Part shown: piece by piece, positions 19,103 through 29,606 of the stretch
Position numbering within the stretch: the first letter of the stretch is position 1
Layout of the letters: the number at the start of each line of letters is the position of its first letter
NCBI GenBank assembly: GCA_963704645.1
Contig: OY969926.1
Location: forward strand, 1 to 64,000
Source: an uncultured bacterium
Lineage (GTDB): Bacteria > Patescibacteriota > JACMRA01
Length of the DNA: 64,000 bases
Reading direction: 5' to 3'
Made by a program: the position numbers and the translations under genes
The notes under the pieces: generated by a model
Databases searched by the model: none
What the model saw: the letters and a program-made list of their open reading frames with translations, nothing else
What the model was told of the DNA's origin: nothing

Positions 19103-20899
19103 CTACTTACCTGCCTTTGTCATTTCAACAAGTTTAGCATAATGCCCATTTAAAGACATTAAATCTGAATGATTCCCAGATTCAACAATTTTTCCACCAC
19201 CAAATACAAAAATCTGATCGGCTTCAAAAATTGTTTGCAATCTATGGGCAATTACAATTACTGAAGCTCCAAGATCTTTTAGAAACTTGACCGCCTCCAT
19301 AATTGTTTTTTCTACTTTAGGGTCTAAAGCCGAAGTTGGCTCATCTAAAACTACAATTGGTATAATACCATTTGCCATTAAATACCAAGCTTTGACCAAA
19401 GCTCTGGCCATAGCAACGCGTTGACCTTCTCCACCAGAAATGTTAATGCCTCTTTCAGCAGTAACATCTTCAAGGGAAGGAAATTTGTCGGTTAAATTTA
19501 CCTTATCTAAAGCTAAGCGAATTATATCGTTAACCGTAAAAGAGGAAGGATTATAGCCAAGTAAATCTGCAATCTTTTGAATTTCACTGTCTTTAAAAAC
19601 AATTCCACACAAAACATTATAGCTAATACTTTCCATAAAAATAGATGGCGCTTGTAAAACGTAAACGAATGCATTCCTTAAAGAGTCCAAAGTAAACTCG
19701 TTAATATCAATACCATTAATTGTTATACTGCCTGAATAGCCAGTGTAAAATTTAGTGAATAGTTTTGCCAATGTAGATTTGCCAGCACCCGAAGGGCCAA
19801 CTAAAGCAGTAAACTGTCCTGGTTTAATAGTTAAATTTAAACCGTTAAAAACTGGCTTTTTAGTTCCTTCATAAGTGTAGTGCAAGTTACTAACAACAAT
19901 TTCACCTGTTTTAGTAAGCTCTATATTTCCTGAAGAAATAGTAGGTTTAGCCTCTATAATTTTATGTAAACTAGAAACGGCCGGCCCAACTTTTTCAAGA
20001 TGATCTGCAATTCTAGTAAACCTACTTACTGAAGTAAACAAAGTTATAACAATAGTCATATTCCATAAGGCAACAGTCTGACTAATTACACCAGATTGAA
20101 AATCTAGATATATTATAAAAGACACCAGCAAAATAGTTCCTTTAGCTAAATAAAGTCTAACTGCATTAGCAAAATTTACAATTACCGATGATTCCATTTC
20201 TAATTTATGGACACTATCAATAATATCATTGTGCTCTAGTTTAAACTCTTCGGGATTTCCACTAAAAATAATATCAGCCAAGGCCTGAACACCTGCAATC
20301 ATTTTACCGGCTGCTTTTTTCTCCAACAATTCTACTTTATCTCTATTTGGCTTGGTCTGCTTATTAAAATACAGAGTAAGCCAAACATATGCTACAATTG
20401 AGCAAGTTATAGGAATAAGAGTAAGTCGTGATGAAAAAGCTAACGTAAATAAACTTAGAACTAGTTGAATAGTTGCAGAAGTAAATTCAAAACTAAAAGC
20501 GATATTCAGTTCAATAAGCTTACCAATACCTTTAGGTATGCTTGAGGCAGTTGAACCAGTAGATTCTTTTTGATGCCAATCTGGATCAAGCCCTAATAAG
20601 TGAGGAAACAAGTGTTTATTAATAACTGTACTTGGCCTCAACAAATGTCTATACCAAATCCATTGATCAAGCTTCACATCAATTGATATTTGAAGCACAA
20701 TTAAGAAAATAATAAAGCAGACATAATACAACTGCTCTGTGACACTCTTCCCAATTAGGGAAACAACAACACCTGGAATAGACCTTTCTGCAACAACAAT
20801 TGCTTCGTAACAAGAGTATAAAAACAAAAACCACAAAGCTTCTTTCAAACTTATAATTGGCTTAAGAAGCAAATAAACTGTACGAAAAATTTCAACCAC
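19103..20899 (-). CDS. ABC exporter, fused permease/ATP-binding (MsbA/ABCB-like)
   Basis: TM domain plus GPSGAGKST, ISGGEGQR, LDEPTSALD, IAHRL. GTG 20899 is preceded by the SD GGAGGAG. Confidence 0.9.
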   Translation of the reverse strand: MVEIFRTVYLLLKPIISLKEALWFLFLYSCYEAIVVAERSIPGVVVSLIGKSVTEQLYYVCFIIFLIVLQISIDVKLDQWIWYRHLLRPSTVINKHLFPHLLGLDPDWHQKESTGSTASSIPKGIGKLIELNIAFSFEFTSATIQLVLSLFTLAFSSRLTLIPITCSIVAYVWLTLYFNKQTKPNRDKVELLEKKAAGKMIAGVQALADIIFSGNPEEFKLEHNDIIDSVHKLEMESSVIVNFANAVRLYLAKGTILLVSFIIYLDFQSGVISQTVALWNMTIVITLFTSVSRFTRIADHLEKVGPAVSSLHKIIEAKPTISSGNIELTKTGEIVVSNLHYTYEGTKKPVFNGLNLTIKPGQFTALVGPSGAGKSTLAKLFTKFYTGYSGSITINGIDINEFTLDSLRNAFVYVLQAPSIFMESISYNVLCGIVFKDSEIQKIADLLGYNPSSFTVNDIIRLALDKVNLTDKFPSLEDVTAERGINISGGEGQRVAMARALVKAWYLMANGIIPIVVLDEPTSALDPKVEKTIMEAVKFLKDLGASVIVIAHRLQTIFEADQIFVFGGGKIVESGNHSDLMSLNGHYAKLVEMTKAGK

Positions 20900-21269
20900 A
20901 ATCAAACTCCTCCACAATACAAAATGTAAATACACATCTCGCTGTGCTAAGCGCTACGATAACTTAATACCGCAGCGATTAGTAAGCGTTTAACTTCTCA
21001 ATCGTTGAGGTACCAAATAAATATTTTCTAAAATTTCGGTTAATACTTTTGATGGCATTAAAGCTAGTAATTCAAATCTGGCCACAGAATTACCACCTCT
21101 AATTTTGGTTAGAGTTAGGAATTGTAAGCAGTTGTTTAGAATTTTCACAGGTCTAAAAATTTATAAAAATATTTGGTACAAAAGTACTTCACTTAAAAAA
21201 GCACACTTTTTATGCTAAGTCAAATATTGACCAATAGTTAAATAATATCATAAACTAAATTAGTGTTAC

Positions 21270-21665
21270 GTGGAAATAAACATGGTTAGTAGAATTAGGC
21301 AATTTTTCTATACTTTTGAAGATTTAACTTCATTGGTTGCACTGAATTATTTAACTAGGAGCGTTCCATTTTACAGAAGTTTAAACACCAGGGGGTACGA
21401 CCTTCAAATTCTTGTAATTAAGTTGGACGGTGAAATTTTCTACGAAGATAAATTAATTGCTTTACTTGATTACACTTTTAATAGAGACCAAGCTTTACAT
21501 TTAATGATTCACACTGATTCATCGAATCCTGCAGCATTTATACTTGTTGCACTACCAGAGGAATTTACCATGGCGAATAGTTTAAACAGCATCATTGCTT
21601 CATTTAAAGAGATTGATATACAGTTGGTTAAACTCCAAACTGCTTTACCAACAATAAATAGATGA
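21270..21665 (+). CDS. hypothetical protein
   Basis: TTGACC/TAAACT upstream and a terminator downstream. Confidence 0.5.
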   Translation: MEINMVSRIRQFFYTFEDLTSLVALNYLTRSVPFYRSLNTRGYDLQILVIKLDGEIFYEDKLIALLDYTFNRDQALHLMIHTDSSNPAAFILVALPEEFTMANSLNSIIASFKEIDIQLVKLQTALPTINR

Positions 21666-21683
21666 GGTCATATGTGTTTTAAA

Positions 21684-21709
21684 ATGCCTCCAGAAATACT
21701 TGGAGGCAT
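21684..21709. terminator. bidirectional intrinsic terminator
   Basis: ATGCCTCCA-8 nt-TGGAGGCAT between convergent genes. Confidence 0.75.
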
Positions 21710-21712
21710 ATT

Positions 21713-23440
21713 TTACCTCAAATAATAATCTTCCAATTTATTCGTATCTAAATTATCAAAGCCCTGCACAGCATAGGTTTTCAAAATTAATATTAATTGG
21801 GAAAGATCCTCGGTTTTTACTTCACTTGAATTTTGCCAAATTGGAATATACGAATTTGGGTTAAGACCGTTTTCCTCTAAAATTGTTTTCAATTCACCAG
21901 TTGCCAAGTAACTAGAGTTTGTATTGCTTTTAATAAAATCTACACTTTTGGCCATATCTTCAAAAAAATTTGTTCTATCTAGACCGGTTAATTTTTGTTC
22001 ATTTACAACCAAACCAGCTAGTGGTAAATACTGAAAAGTAATACTTCCAATTAAAGTTTTGTTGTTTATTCTGGTGGTATTTAACTTTTCTTCAACATCG
22101 GCAATGTAAGGTTCGAAGGAAACTAGGGCGTCAATTTTACCTGCAACCATAGCTTGTACCAAAGTATTCGGGTCATTTGTGCTGGTGTATTTTATTGTAT
22201 TTGTATTAACTTTTTTGGTGAAAAGTACAAAATCTAAACCTTGTTGAATTACAGGATTATTAGGAAAATAAGCAATTGTAGAACCATTCAAACCACTTAA
22301 ATCATTTGGATCTAAAGCTGTTTTAGCCACTAAAAACAAAGCTGGATTATCTTGTGTTTCTGTTAACTGGCTAACCAATTTTAAGTTAGAATTACCTTGC
22401 AAAGCTTGTAGCGCATTGGGCATATCGCTGTATCCGCCAATTGTAGCATTACCAGATTGTAAAGCGTCCATAGCCTGCAAACCCGTTCCAACCATTTCAA
22501 TATTAGCATTTAAACGGTTAAACTTTTTAGCGTAAACTAGCAACGGTAAATTTACCACACCTTTATAACTAACAATTTTTACTGTATCACTATTTTGAAC
22601 ATTTTTAACTACATCTACACTTTGAAACCAAACTGAAACAACCAAAAAAATTGCAACGCAAACACCACTTACAATTTTAACAAAGTCCCATTTATACCGA
22701 GAAAACAAATTTATTAGTACCTTTTCAATTAAAAAAGAAACTCCTAAAATTGCCACTAAATAAGCGTATAAAAAGCTAGTGTTATATAATTGCTGAAACA
22801 GTAAAAGCCGCAAACCAAGGCCTGTAGTTCCACCTAGAATTAGTTCGGTTAAAATAGCTGTGGCCATTCCCCATAATACTATTTGAGGCAAAATTCTGAA
22901 GCTTAAAAAATTACTTTGTGGTAAGAAAAAGTACCAAAATTTTTGGTTGGGATTTAGCTTCCAGGAAGCAGATAAGACATTATATTCGGAGTAATCTTTA
23001 GAAGCAATATTAATACAGTGAGACAAATATAAAACAAAAACTGTAAAAATTACCACAGCAGTTTTAGCAAGATCAGTTAAGCCAAAAGCCAGAATACAAA
23101 GAGGAATAATTACAGGGGCAGGCAAATATTTCCATACATTATTTATTTGTCTAATTAATTTAAAAAGCCAAGGTACCCAAAAAGAAATATAAATAATTGT
23201 TAAAGAAAGTAAATACGAAACTAGCAAACCCAAGCTAAAACGAGATAATGTACTAAACAAATCTACACCTAAAATTTGTAAAAAATTAAGCTGGGTAAAA
23301 CTTGAAACAATGTTTATTGGAGAAGCTAAAAAAGCAGAATTTGCTAGATTAAAAACAAATAATAATTGCCACAAACCAACAATTATTAACCAAGGCCAAA
23401 CTTCGTTCCATATTTTCTTTAAACTATCATTACTTTTCAT
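21713..23440 (-). CDS. NitT/TauT/SsuC-type ABC permease fused to a substrate-binding domain
   Basis: N-terminal TauC-like TM domain (LP.PVIIPL..FG; TELI.GG..GLG) and C-terminal SsuA/NMT1-like domain (DALQSG, GKIDA..FEPY). Confidence 0.8.
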   Translation of the reverse strand: MKSNDSLKKIWNEVWPWLIIVGLWQLLFVFNLANSAFLASPINIVSSFTQLNFLQILGVDLFSTLSRFSLGLLVSYLLSLTIIYISFWVPWLFKLIRQINNVWKYLPAPVIIPLCILAFGLTDLAKTAVVIFTVFVLYLSHCINIASKDYSEYNVLSASWKLNPNQKFWYFFLPQSNFLSFRILPQIVLWGMATAILTELILGGTTGLGLRLLLFQQLYNTSFLYAYLVAILGVSFLIEKVLINLFSRYKWDFVKIVSGVCVAIFLVVSVWFQSVDVVKNVQNSDTVKIVSYKGVVNLPLLVYAKKFNRLNANIEMVGTGLQAMDALQSGNATIGGYSDMPNALQALQGNSNLKLVSQLTETQDNPALFLVAKTALDPNDLSGLNGSTIAYFPNNPVIQQGLDFVLFTKKVNTNTIKYTSTNDPNTLVQAMVAGKIDALVSFEPYIADVEEKLNTTRINNKTLIGSITFQYLPLAGLVVNEQKLTGLDRTNFFEDMAKSVDFIKSNTNSSYLATGELKTILEENGLNPNSYIPIWQNSSEVKTEDLSQLILILKTYAVQGFDNLDTNKLEDYYLR

Positions 23441-23452
23441 ATTTACGAATAT

Positions 23453-24133
23453 TTATAAACCTTGCTGATTACTTAATTGCATTTCTAAATTATCGTTTTT
23501 AGTTACTTTCCATATTGTTCCCGGCATTTTTTCTAAAATAGTTTTATCGTGAGCAATAGAAATTAAAGTAAACGGGAATTCTGTTTGCCAAGTTTTAAGC
23601 CAATCTAAAATTTCTGGTAAAACCTTCTTATCTAAAGCTGAAAAGGCTTCGTCTAAAATTAAAATTTCTGGTTTTCTAAGCAATTCTCTTAAAAGTATTA
23701 CCCGCTGTAATTGCCCACCGCTTAAATCTATACTGGAAATTTCTGATTCTTTGTTAAATTCAACTTGTCTAGCGTCAGAAACTAAAAGTGGTCTTAGCCA
23801 TTCCAACTGAGACTTAACTTCTGGCATATTCATAAATCTATAGTCTTCCAACTTCACAACCTTACCTATTTTTGTTGGTAAATTACCGAAAACAGCTAGC
23901 TCTAAATTTTGAGCTAAACTATACCACCATAACCAATTTTGTCTGTAATTTTGGTTAATGTAGGCAAAACTTAACTTATTTTTTATGGAATCTTTTACAA
24001 TTTCATTTATTAAAGTAGATTTTCCAACTCCATTTTCGCCCCAAAAATGATTAACCGAATCTGTAATTTCCAATTCAACATTTTTCAAAATTAACCTAGG
24101 CGGTAAGTTTAAATTATAAGGCCCAAATTTCAT
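23453..24133 (-). CDS. ABC transporter ATP-binding protein
   Basis: GENGVGKST, LSGGQLQR, LDEAFSALD. Confidence 0.9.
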   Translation of the reverse strand: MKFGPYNLNLPPRLILKNVELEITDSVNHFWGENGVGKSTLINEIVKDSIKNKLSFAYINQNYRQNWLWWYSLAQNLELAVFGNLPTKIGKVVKLEDYRFMNMPEVKSQLEWLRPLLVSDARQVEFNKESEISSIDLSGGQLQRVILLRELLRKPEILILDEAFSALDKKVLPEILDWLKTWQTEFPFTLISIAHDKTILEKMPGTIWKVTKNDNLEMQLSNQQGL

Positions 24134-24139
24134 ATTGTA

Positions 24140-24871
24140 CTAGATCAAGTTTCCTTCAAAAGAAATTAAGTAAGTTGAAGTTGGAGTACTTTTTACACTT
24201 AAACTTCTACTATTTGGAACTATAGTTACGTTCACTAAAATTGGTGCTTGGGTTGAAACTACAGGAATAACAAGTCCCGCAGAAGTTAAAGCAGTATTAA
24301 TAGAAGCAGTTTTGGCAGCATCTAGAACATTACCATTTACAAGAAATTGAACTTGCAAAGATGAAACTGTTAAATCAAAAGTTTTGCCATCTTTATTTGG
24401 AAGACCAGCGCCAGAAGCAATGCCAGAAGCGGTAGGATAAACTCCGTCAACTTTCAAGCTTTCATTACCAAGAATTGCCAAATTTAAACCTTGTACGTTT
24501 AAGCTAAAAGCTCCTGATTCTTTAAAGCTTAATTCTCCAGTTGGGAAAACTAAAGCTGAAGTTAAAAGTGAAATTCTTGTTGCTCTATAATTTTTACCAG
24601 TTAAATTTGTAGCTATTTCTATAGTACTTGAAGAACTATTTACTTCTACGGATTCAGCTTTCTTGGTTACTTCATCTTCTTGTTTTTTCTTGTTTTCCAT
24701 AGCTACTTTTTCATCTTGTTTTTTCTTATCTTCGGTTTTTTTACTTTGATCTGCAGAATACCAAAATCCACCGGCCACAATAATTATTAAAAGTATCAGT
24801 CCAGCTAAATAAATAGCCATTTTGTTTTTAGATTTGGAAAAAGATATAAAAGAATTTGATGTATTGTTCAT
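24140..24871 (-). CDS. membrane-anchored extracellular protein, hypothetical
   Basis: N-terminal TM, charged linker, beta-rich domain. First gene of the ABC operon. Confidence 0.65.
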   Translation of the reverse strand: MNNTSNSFISFSKSKNKMAIYLAGLILLIIIVAGGFWYSADQSKKTEDKKKQDEKVAMENKKKQEDEVTKKAESVEVNSSSSTIEIATNLTGKNYRATRISLLTSALVFPTGELSFKESGAFSLNVQGLNLAILGNESLKVDGVYPTASGIASGAGLPNKDGKTFDLTVSSLQVQFLVNGNVLDAAKTASINTALTSAGLVIPVVSTQAPILVNVTIVPNSRSLSVKSTPTSTYLISFEGNLI

Positions 24872-24967
24872 AGGCGAGTTGTAGTTTTTACGAAATTTGC
24901 GAAAGTTTTTTAATTAAAGATTGCAACCTTTTATGCTTAGTTTTGTCAACCTTAATTCTCTTCAAAT

Positions 24968-25447
24968 TCAACTTATTAGGTCGTCTAAAACTTTATTCAC
25001 TTCACCGTCAGCTTCTTTATTATGTTCACGGTAAATGTGCTGAACTTTGTAAGTTTTAAATTTTTGTAAAAAAGTCTTTACCTTAATTGACCAAGGTTTT
25101 AAGTCCTCTTTCTTAACTTTATATTCTCCCCTAACCTGTTTTACAACTAATTCACTGTCTAAATAGGCAATTAAATTTATTTCTGTTGGATTGTAATTTT
25201 CTATAATATGTTCCAAAGCAAAAACTAGACCTTGCCATTCGGCTTGATTATTAGTTGTGTTTCCTACATATTTTCCCTGCAAAGAAAGAATTTCAACACT
25301 GCCAGCTTCAATTAAATTTTTACGAATTTCAATATTGGCTATTTTTCCTAGATTCTCTTCAGAATTAGCTTTAACTACCAAAAAGCCATAAGCCGAAGGA
25401 CCAGGATTTCCCCTACTTCCCCCGTCTGCAAAAAGTGCGACAAACAT
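24968..25447 (-). CDS. rnhA: ribonuclease HI (type 1, archaeal/actinobacterial-like)
   Basis: DGGSRGNPGP, TNNQAEW, DSELVVKQV.GEYKVK, REHNKEAD. Confidence 0.92.
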   Translation of the reverse strand: MFVALFADGGSRGNPGPSAYGFLVVKANSEENLGKIANIEIRKNLIEAGSVEILSLQGKYVGNTTNNQAEWQGLVFALEHIIENYNPTEINLIAYLDSELVVKQVRGEYKVKKEDLKPWSIKVKTFLQKFKTYKVQHIYREHNKEADGEVNKVLDDLIS

Positions 25448-25468
25448 ATATTTTTAAACCAAAACTAA

Positions 25469-25738
25469 TTATCTAAACAAAATTGGTGCAATTGTATAGA
25501 ACACAAAACCAAACAAAACTACAAAAGTAATGAAAATTAAAACAACTTTTTGCCAGTTCCAGTAACGAGCTTTTGCAGGATTTTTCATAGCCATTACAGC
25601 TTCTTGCATAGCCAATTTTCTTGCAATTTTATCGGCTTTTTTGGCTGACATCGGCTGATTATTCGAGGTGTTACTGGCTGCAATACTATTATTAGCTTTA
25701 GCAAAAGGGTTTTTAAATGAAGGTAAATTAAAAGACAT
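25469..25738 (-). CDS. small membrane protein, hypothetical
   Basis: Single C-terminal TM helix. Co-oriented with rnhA. Confidence 0.6.
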   Translation of the reverse strand: MSFNLPSFKNPFAKANNSIAASNTSNNQPMSAKKADKIARKLAMQEAVMAMKNPAKARYWNWQKVVLIFITFVVLFGFVFYTIAPILFR

Positions 25739-25765
25739 TAATTGAACATAAAAAAAATCCCAAGC

Positions 25766-26164
25766 TTAGGCAAGGGAGGAATTAGAATTTTTTGGATTGG
25801 AAGTTAATAGCTGGTCACATTTTACTTCCTCTAAATAATTTGCACATACTTTTCTAAAATTTGAATTGGCTTGAGCGCAGTATTCAATTTCACCAGTTTG
25901 CATATTAGGAAAGCAAATTTCAACACTTACAATTGGAAAATGGCAAAAAATTGCTGCACTAAAATATGAGTCAAAACATTGAGAAACACTTACCACATGC
26001 CACTTATCATTAATAAACAAAGATAGATGACCAAATGTATAATCAAACTTTTTACTATATCTAACATCTAAGACTTTTTCACCGAATGCTTCTAACAGCA
26101 AATAAAGAAAGTCATTATAGCCAATTGGAATATCAAACATTACGTTAACCCCAAATTCTACCAT
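25766..26164 (-). CDS. hypothetical protein
   Basis: ORF only. Confidence 0.4.
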   Translation of the reverse strand: MVEFGVNVMFDIPIGYNDFLYLLLEAFGEKVLDVRYSKKFDYTFGHLSLFINDKWHVVSVSQCFDSYFSAAIFCHFPIVSVEICFPNMQTGEIEYCAQANSNFRKVCANYLEEVKCDQLLTSNPKNSNSSLA

Positions 26165-26257
26165 TTACCTAAACTTTAAAAACTAAACTTTCGGCAAGTG
26201 AAAATTGAAAATTAGCCGTAAAACAAAAAAAATCCAGTTTACAACTGGATGAATAAT

Positions 26258-26566
26258 TTAAAATTCTTTATCACTAAGCTCGAGATACACCTGTTCTAAA
26301 ATTTCATTTAAGTCAGAGAATGCATATTTGTCTTCAATAGCAATAGCTAAAATAGGAAGTTGATTATTGTTATCTAAAACATCTGTCCAACACGCACCCC
26401 CTAATTCAGGTTGAATTAAAAACAGCAACTGTACGTTTAAACAACCATTAAACAAAAAAATAGTATAATAATCTTGATATTCTATGGTTCTAATTTGCAA
26501 ACTATGTTTTAAAAATAAGCAATTTAAGCGATGCACAAATGCAGATTCTTTTATAAGACTATTCAT
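26258..26566 (-). CDS. hypothetical protein
   Basis: SD-like GAGGTGAG upstream and hairpin ATCCAGT..ACTGGAT downstream. Confidence 0.45.
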   Translation of the reverse strand: MNSLIKESAFVHRLNCLFLKHSLQIRTIEYQDYYTIFLFNGCLNVQLLFLIQPELGGACWTDVLDNNNQLPILAIAIEDKYAFSDLNEILEQVYLELSDKEF

Positions 26567-26648
26567 TCACTTTTCTCACCTCAAAAATACTTACTCTTAA
26601 ACAATTTATTTAATTTCTTTTAAAGAAAGTCAACAAAAAATTGTTAAA

Positions 26649-27908
26649 CTACTCTAAATATTCCTTAGAATAATATTTCTTTAAAACTTCAGGAACTCTA
26701 ATTTTTCCATCCGATTCTTGAAATTGTTCTAAAATTGCGAACATAGCTCGGTTAGTAATGCCAGTACAATTTAAACTATGTACAATTTCTTTCTGCCCTT
26801 GTGCGTTGATATAAGTTATATTTAAAGCCCTAGTTTGATAATCTGTGCAGTTACTGGAAGAGCAAAGTTCTCTGAAATCTGCGGTGGCAGGGAACCAGGC
26901 TTCAATATCAATTTGTCTGTGGTTTTTAATGCTAATATCTCCGCTGCAAACTTCTAACTGATGATAATGTAAACCAAGAAGATCTAAACCTGCGGAAAAG
27001 AAGTTAGTTAATTTTTCAAAAATTTCTGCACTTTGGTCTGGTTTACATATAGCCACCATTTCTACCTTTTCAAACTGATGAACTCTAATTCCACCTTTAG
27101 TATCTTTACCGTGAGCCCCAATTTCTTTTCTAAAACAAGTAGTCCAAGCGGTTAGCAATCTTGGTTTTTCAAGTTCCAAGTGTTTGTTGCTTTCCATAAA
27201 CATTAAACTTGGTTCGCTACTTCCTACTAAATATTTGGTTCTATCACCTTCAATTACTTCGTACACATCATCAATTCCAGTTGGGAAAAAGCCTGTACCA
27301 GCCATAACATCGTAGTTTACAGCTATTGGAGGAATTACATATTCAAAGCCTTCTTCTAAAACTCTATCTAAAGCCCAATTAAATAAAGCTCTCTGAAATT
27401 TAGCTAATTCACCTGCAATATAATAACCACGAAAACCCACTGCTTCTACACCTTTATCACTTAAATAATCTCTTTTAAAAACTGGTAATTCGTAATAAAC
27501 TTTTGGTTCAAAATTAAATTCAGGCTTTATTCCAAAAACAGCAATTTCTTTATTAGCTTCATCATCTTTGCCTACCGGAATACCTTCCCAAGTTAGGTTT
27601 GGAATTTTAGCAATTAAGTTATCTAAGTCTGTTTTTACAATTCTTTGCGCTTCTTCTAAAACCTTAATGGCTTCAGAAATTTCCTTCATTTCAACTAACT
27701 TTAACTCACGCTCTGCAGAAGATAAACTGGCAATTATATTATTAAAACTATTTTTTTCTTGGCGAAGTAATTCTAAATTCTTCTGTTGTTCTTTAAAAAG
27801 TTCACCTTTGTCTAAAATCTGGTCTAAAATTTCTACAGGTTTAAAACGTTTAATTAATTCCTGTTTAAACAATTCTGGGTTTTCGGTAATTTGGTTTAGA
27901 GATATCAT
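26649..27908 (-). CDS. serS: serine--tRNA ligase
   Basis: N-terminal coiled coil, IPN, GSSE, CFRKEIG..GKDTKG..RVHQFEKVE, SSSNCTDYQ. Confidence 0.96.
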   Translation of the reverse strand: MISLNQITENPELFKQELIKRFKPVEILDQILDKGELFKEQQKNLELLRQEKNSFNNIIASLSSAERELKLVEMKEISEAIKVLEEAQRIVKTDLDNLIAKIPNLTWEGIPVGKDDEANKEIAVFGIKPEFNFEPKVYYELPVFKRDYLSDKGVEAVGFRGYYIAGELAKFQRALFNWALDRVLEEGFEYVIPPIAVNYDVMAGTGFFPTGIDDVYEVIEGDRTKYLVGSSEPSLMFMESNKHLELEKPRLLTAWTTCFRKEIGAHGKDTKGGIRVHQFEKVEMVAICKPDQSAEIFEKLTNFFSAGLDLLGLHYHQLEVCSGDISIKNHRQIDIEAWFPATADFRELCSSSNCTDYQTRALNITYINAQGQKEIVHSLNCTGITNRAMFAILEQFQESDGKIRVPEVLKKYYSKEYLE

Positions 27909-28095
27909 AAATTAAATGTTGAAGAAGCTAGTTTTTCTAATATCTTCTGTGTAAGTAAAAATTGAAAATATAGCAAACAATTTATTTATATATGGCGAGT
28001 AACGATGAGCATAGGCACATAAAATATATCATCCAAGAAAATATTCAAAGATCTATTTTATTAATTCTTACAATATAATTTTGGCTAAATAATAC

Positions 28096-28120
28096 AGGTG
28101 ATGATAAACATCGACCCTAT
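28096..28120 (-). repeat. degenerate family A REP-like hairpin
   Basis: Minus strand reads ATAGGGTCGATG-tttat-CATCACCT. Confidence 0.45.
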
Positions 28121-28147
28121 AGAGTGATTAATAATAATTCCCTAGGG

Positions 28148-28444
28148 TTAACTTAAAGTAATTTTCCCAATTACAACTAAAATATTTAATATTCCCTGAA
28201 TAAAATTGCTAATCATAATTGGTTTATCTGCGTTCTGTAAACCGTATGCAAACCAAAATAAATTTCCTACAAAAAAAAGCCCGAATGTAAGCAAGGAAAC
28301 ACCTTCAGTTTGTTTTAAAACCCAAATATTCCAAACTTGTGGAACAGTTACAAAAGATGTTGTAAATGCTATAGGAACAGCAAGTTGGTTCACTAAATTT
28401 CCGGTTTTAGTGCTAAAATCTTTGCCATTTATAAAATGTAACAT
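28148..28444 (-). CDS. SemiSWEET (PQ-loop) sugar transporter
   Basis: TT.FVTVPQV, GVSL, W..YG, PI..SN. Three TM helices. Confidence 0.88.
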   Translation of the reverse strand: MLHFINGKDFSTKTGNLVNQLAVPIAFTTSFVTVPQVWNIWVLKQTEGVSLLTFGLFFVGNLFWFAYGLQNADKPIMISNFIQGILNILVVIGKITLS

Positions 28445-28590
28445 ATTTTTAGGTTAACTTTGTTTTAAAAAGATGTCTAAACAAGTCCAGTATTTCTGCC
28501 TAAGAAACAAATAAACAAATTATTATTAATACTTTCCTGCCATGTCATTTAACTGTCATTTTAATGTTCTATAATGATAATGTACAGTAA

Positions 28591-29247
28591 TTGTACAAGT
28601 ATATGAAAAACATTCTAACCAACAAACCAACACAATATTTAGCTATTGGCCTTTTAGCCGTAGCTGGAACAGCAGGGCTGCTTACAATAACAACAAATGC
28701 AGCACCTTTACTAAATAGTGAATCTGTAAAAACAGCATTGCAATCGGGTGACTTAGCTTCTTTAAAAACTGCTTTAAACACAGAAATTAAAACCAATTCT
28801 GATGAGCGTCTAGCTAAGGTTAACAGCTTAACCGACACAGACTTACAAAATATGAAAACCATGATGGCAAACCGTGAAGCAATTGAAGCTAAAAATACAG
28901 AATATGAAACAAAATTAACCAATATTTTGAAAGCTGATATAAACAACAAAGAAGGCTTTAAAACAACTGCTAAAGAATACTTCGCCAGTGTAAAAACTAT
29001 AAGGGAAGAACAACAAAAATTAATGCAAAACAATCCTTTAGCACCAAATAAAAAATCTGATGGAGATACCTCCAAAGCTAGTAAAACTGCACCAGAAATT
29101 ACAGATGAAATGTTAGATAAATTATACAACAAGTCTGTAGAACAAGTTAAGGCTGGCAACTCTGTAACCATTGGCAAACCAGAAGGTAAAGCTGGAATGG
29201 GAAGACTAAATGGAGGTAAAGGCAGAATGGGTGGAATGATGAAATAA
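28591..29247 (+). CDS. secreted helical protein, hypothetical (start probably ATG 28603)
   Basis: Signal-peptide-like N-terminus and Gly/Met-rich C-terminal tail. Confidence 0.7.
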   Translation: MYKYMKNILTNKPTQYLAIGLLAVAGTAGLLTITTNAAPLLNSESVKTALQSGDLASLKTALNTEIKTNSDERLAKVNSLTDTDLQNMKTMMANREAIEAKNTEYETKLTNILKADINNKEGFKTTAKEYFASVKTIREEQQKLMQNNPLAPNKKSDGDTSKASKTAPEITDEMLDKLYNKSVEQVKAGNSVTIGKPEGKAGMGRLNGGKGRMGGMMK

Positions 29248-29450
29248 TTCGTTTTACACTTAAAACAAAAATTGTTAGGAGCAAGGCTTTATTTTCATTG
29301 TGAAGTTTGGAAATAATTCCATTATATAGGAAGATAAAAAAATACTGAAACAAAACAAACCGCCCCCCCCACAAGGGGGCTTTCATAATTTATAAAACAA
29401 ACTACTATTTTATATAGTAGAAAATAAAGTAATTATACCGCGATGCCATA

Positions 29451-29530
29451 GTAAACTATCACCCTGAATTTATTTCAAAAAGCTGGTGCGAGCTGAGCTC
29501 AGCGTCAGCCCAAGGGTCTAAGTGGATGGA
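29451..29530 (+). repeat. family B palindromic repeat interrupted by a nested insert
   Basis: TCACCCTGAATTTATTTCA [AAAAGCTGGTGCGAGCTGAGCTC...] GGGTCTAA. Confidence 0.75.
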
Positions 29531-29606
29531 TATGATTAAACAAAGAGTTTTTTGTTACATTTTTTATGGAATATAGTGTGAAAGTACACTTACCGGAAAT
29601 AACAAT

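Noticed and set aside
28569-29177. 202-aa minus-strand ORF and other antisense ORFs shadowing secA, rplA, serS, comM and umuC
   Set aside because: Mirror frames of well-supported genes on the opposite strand.
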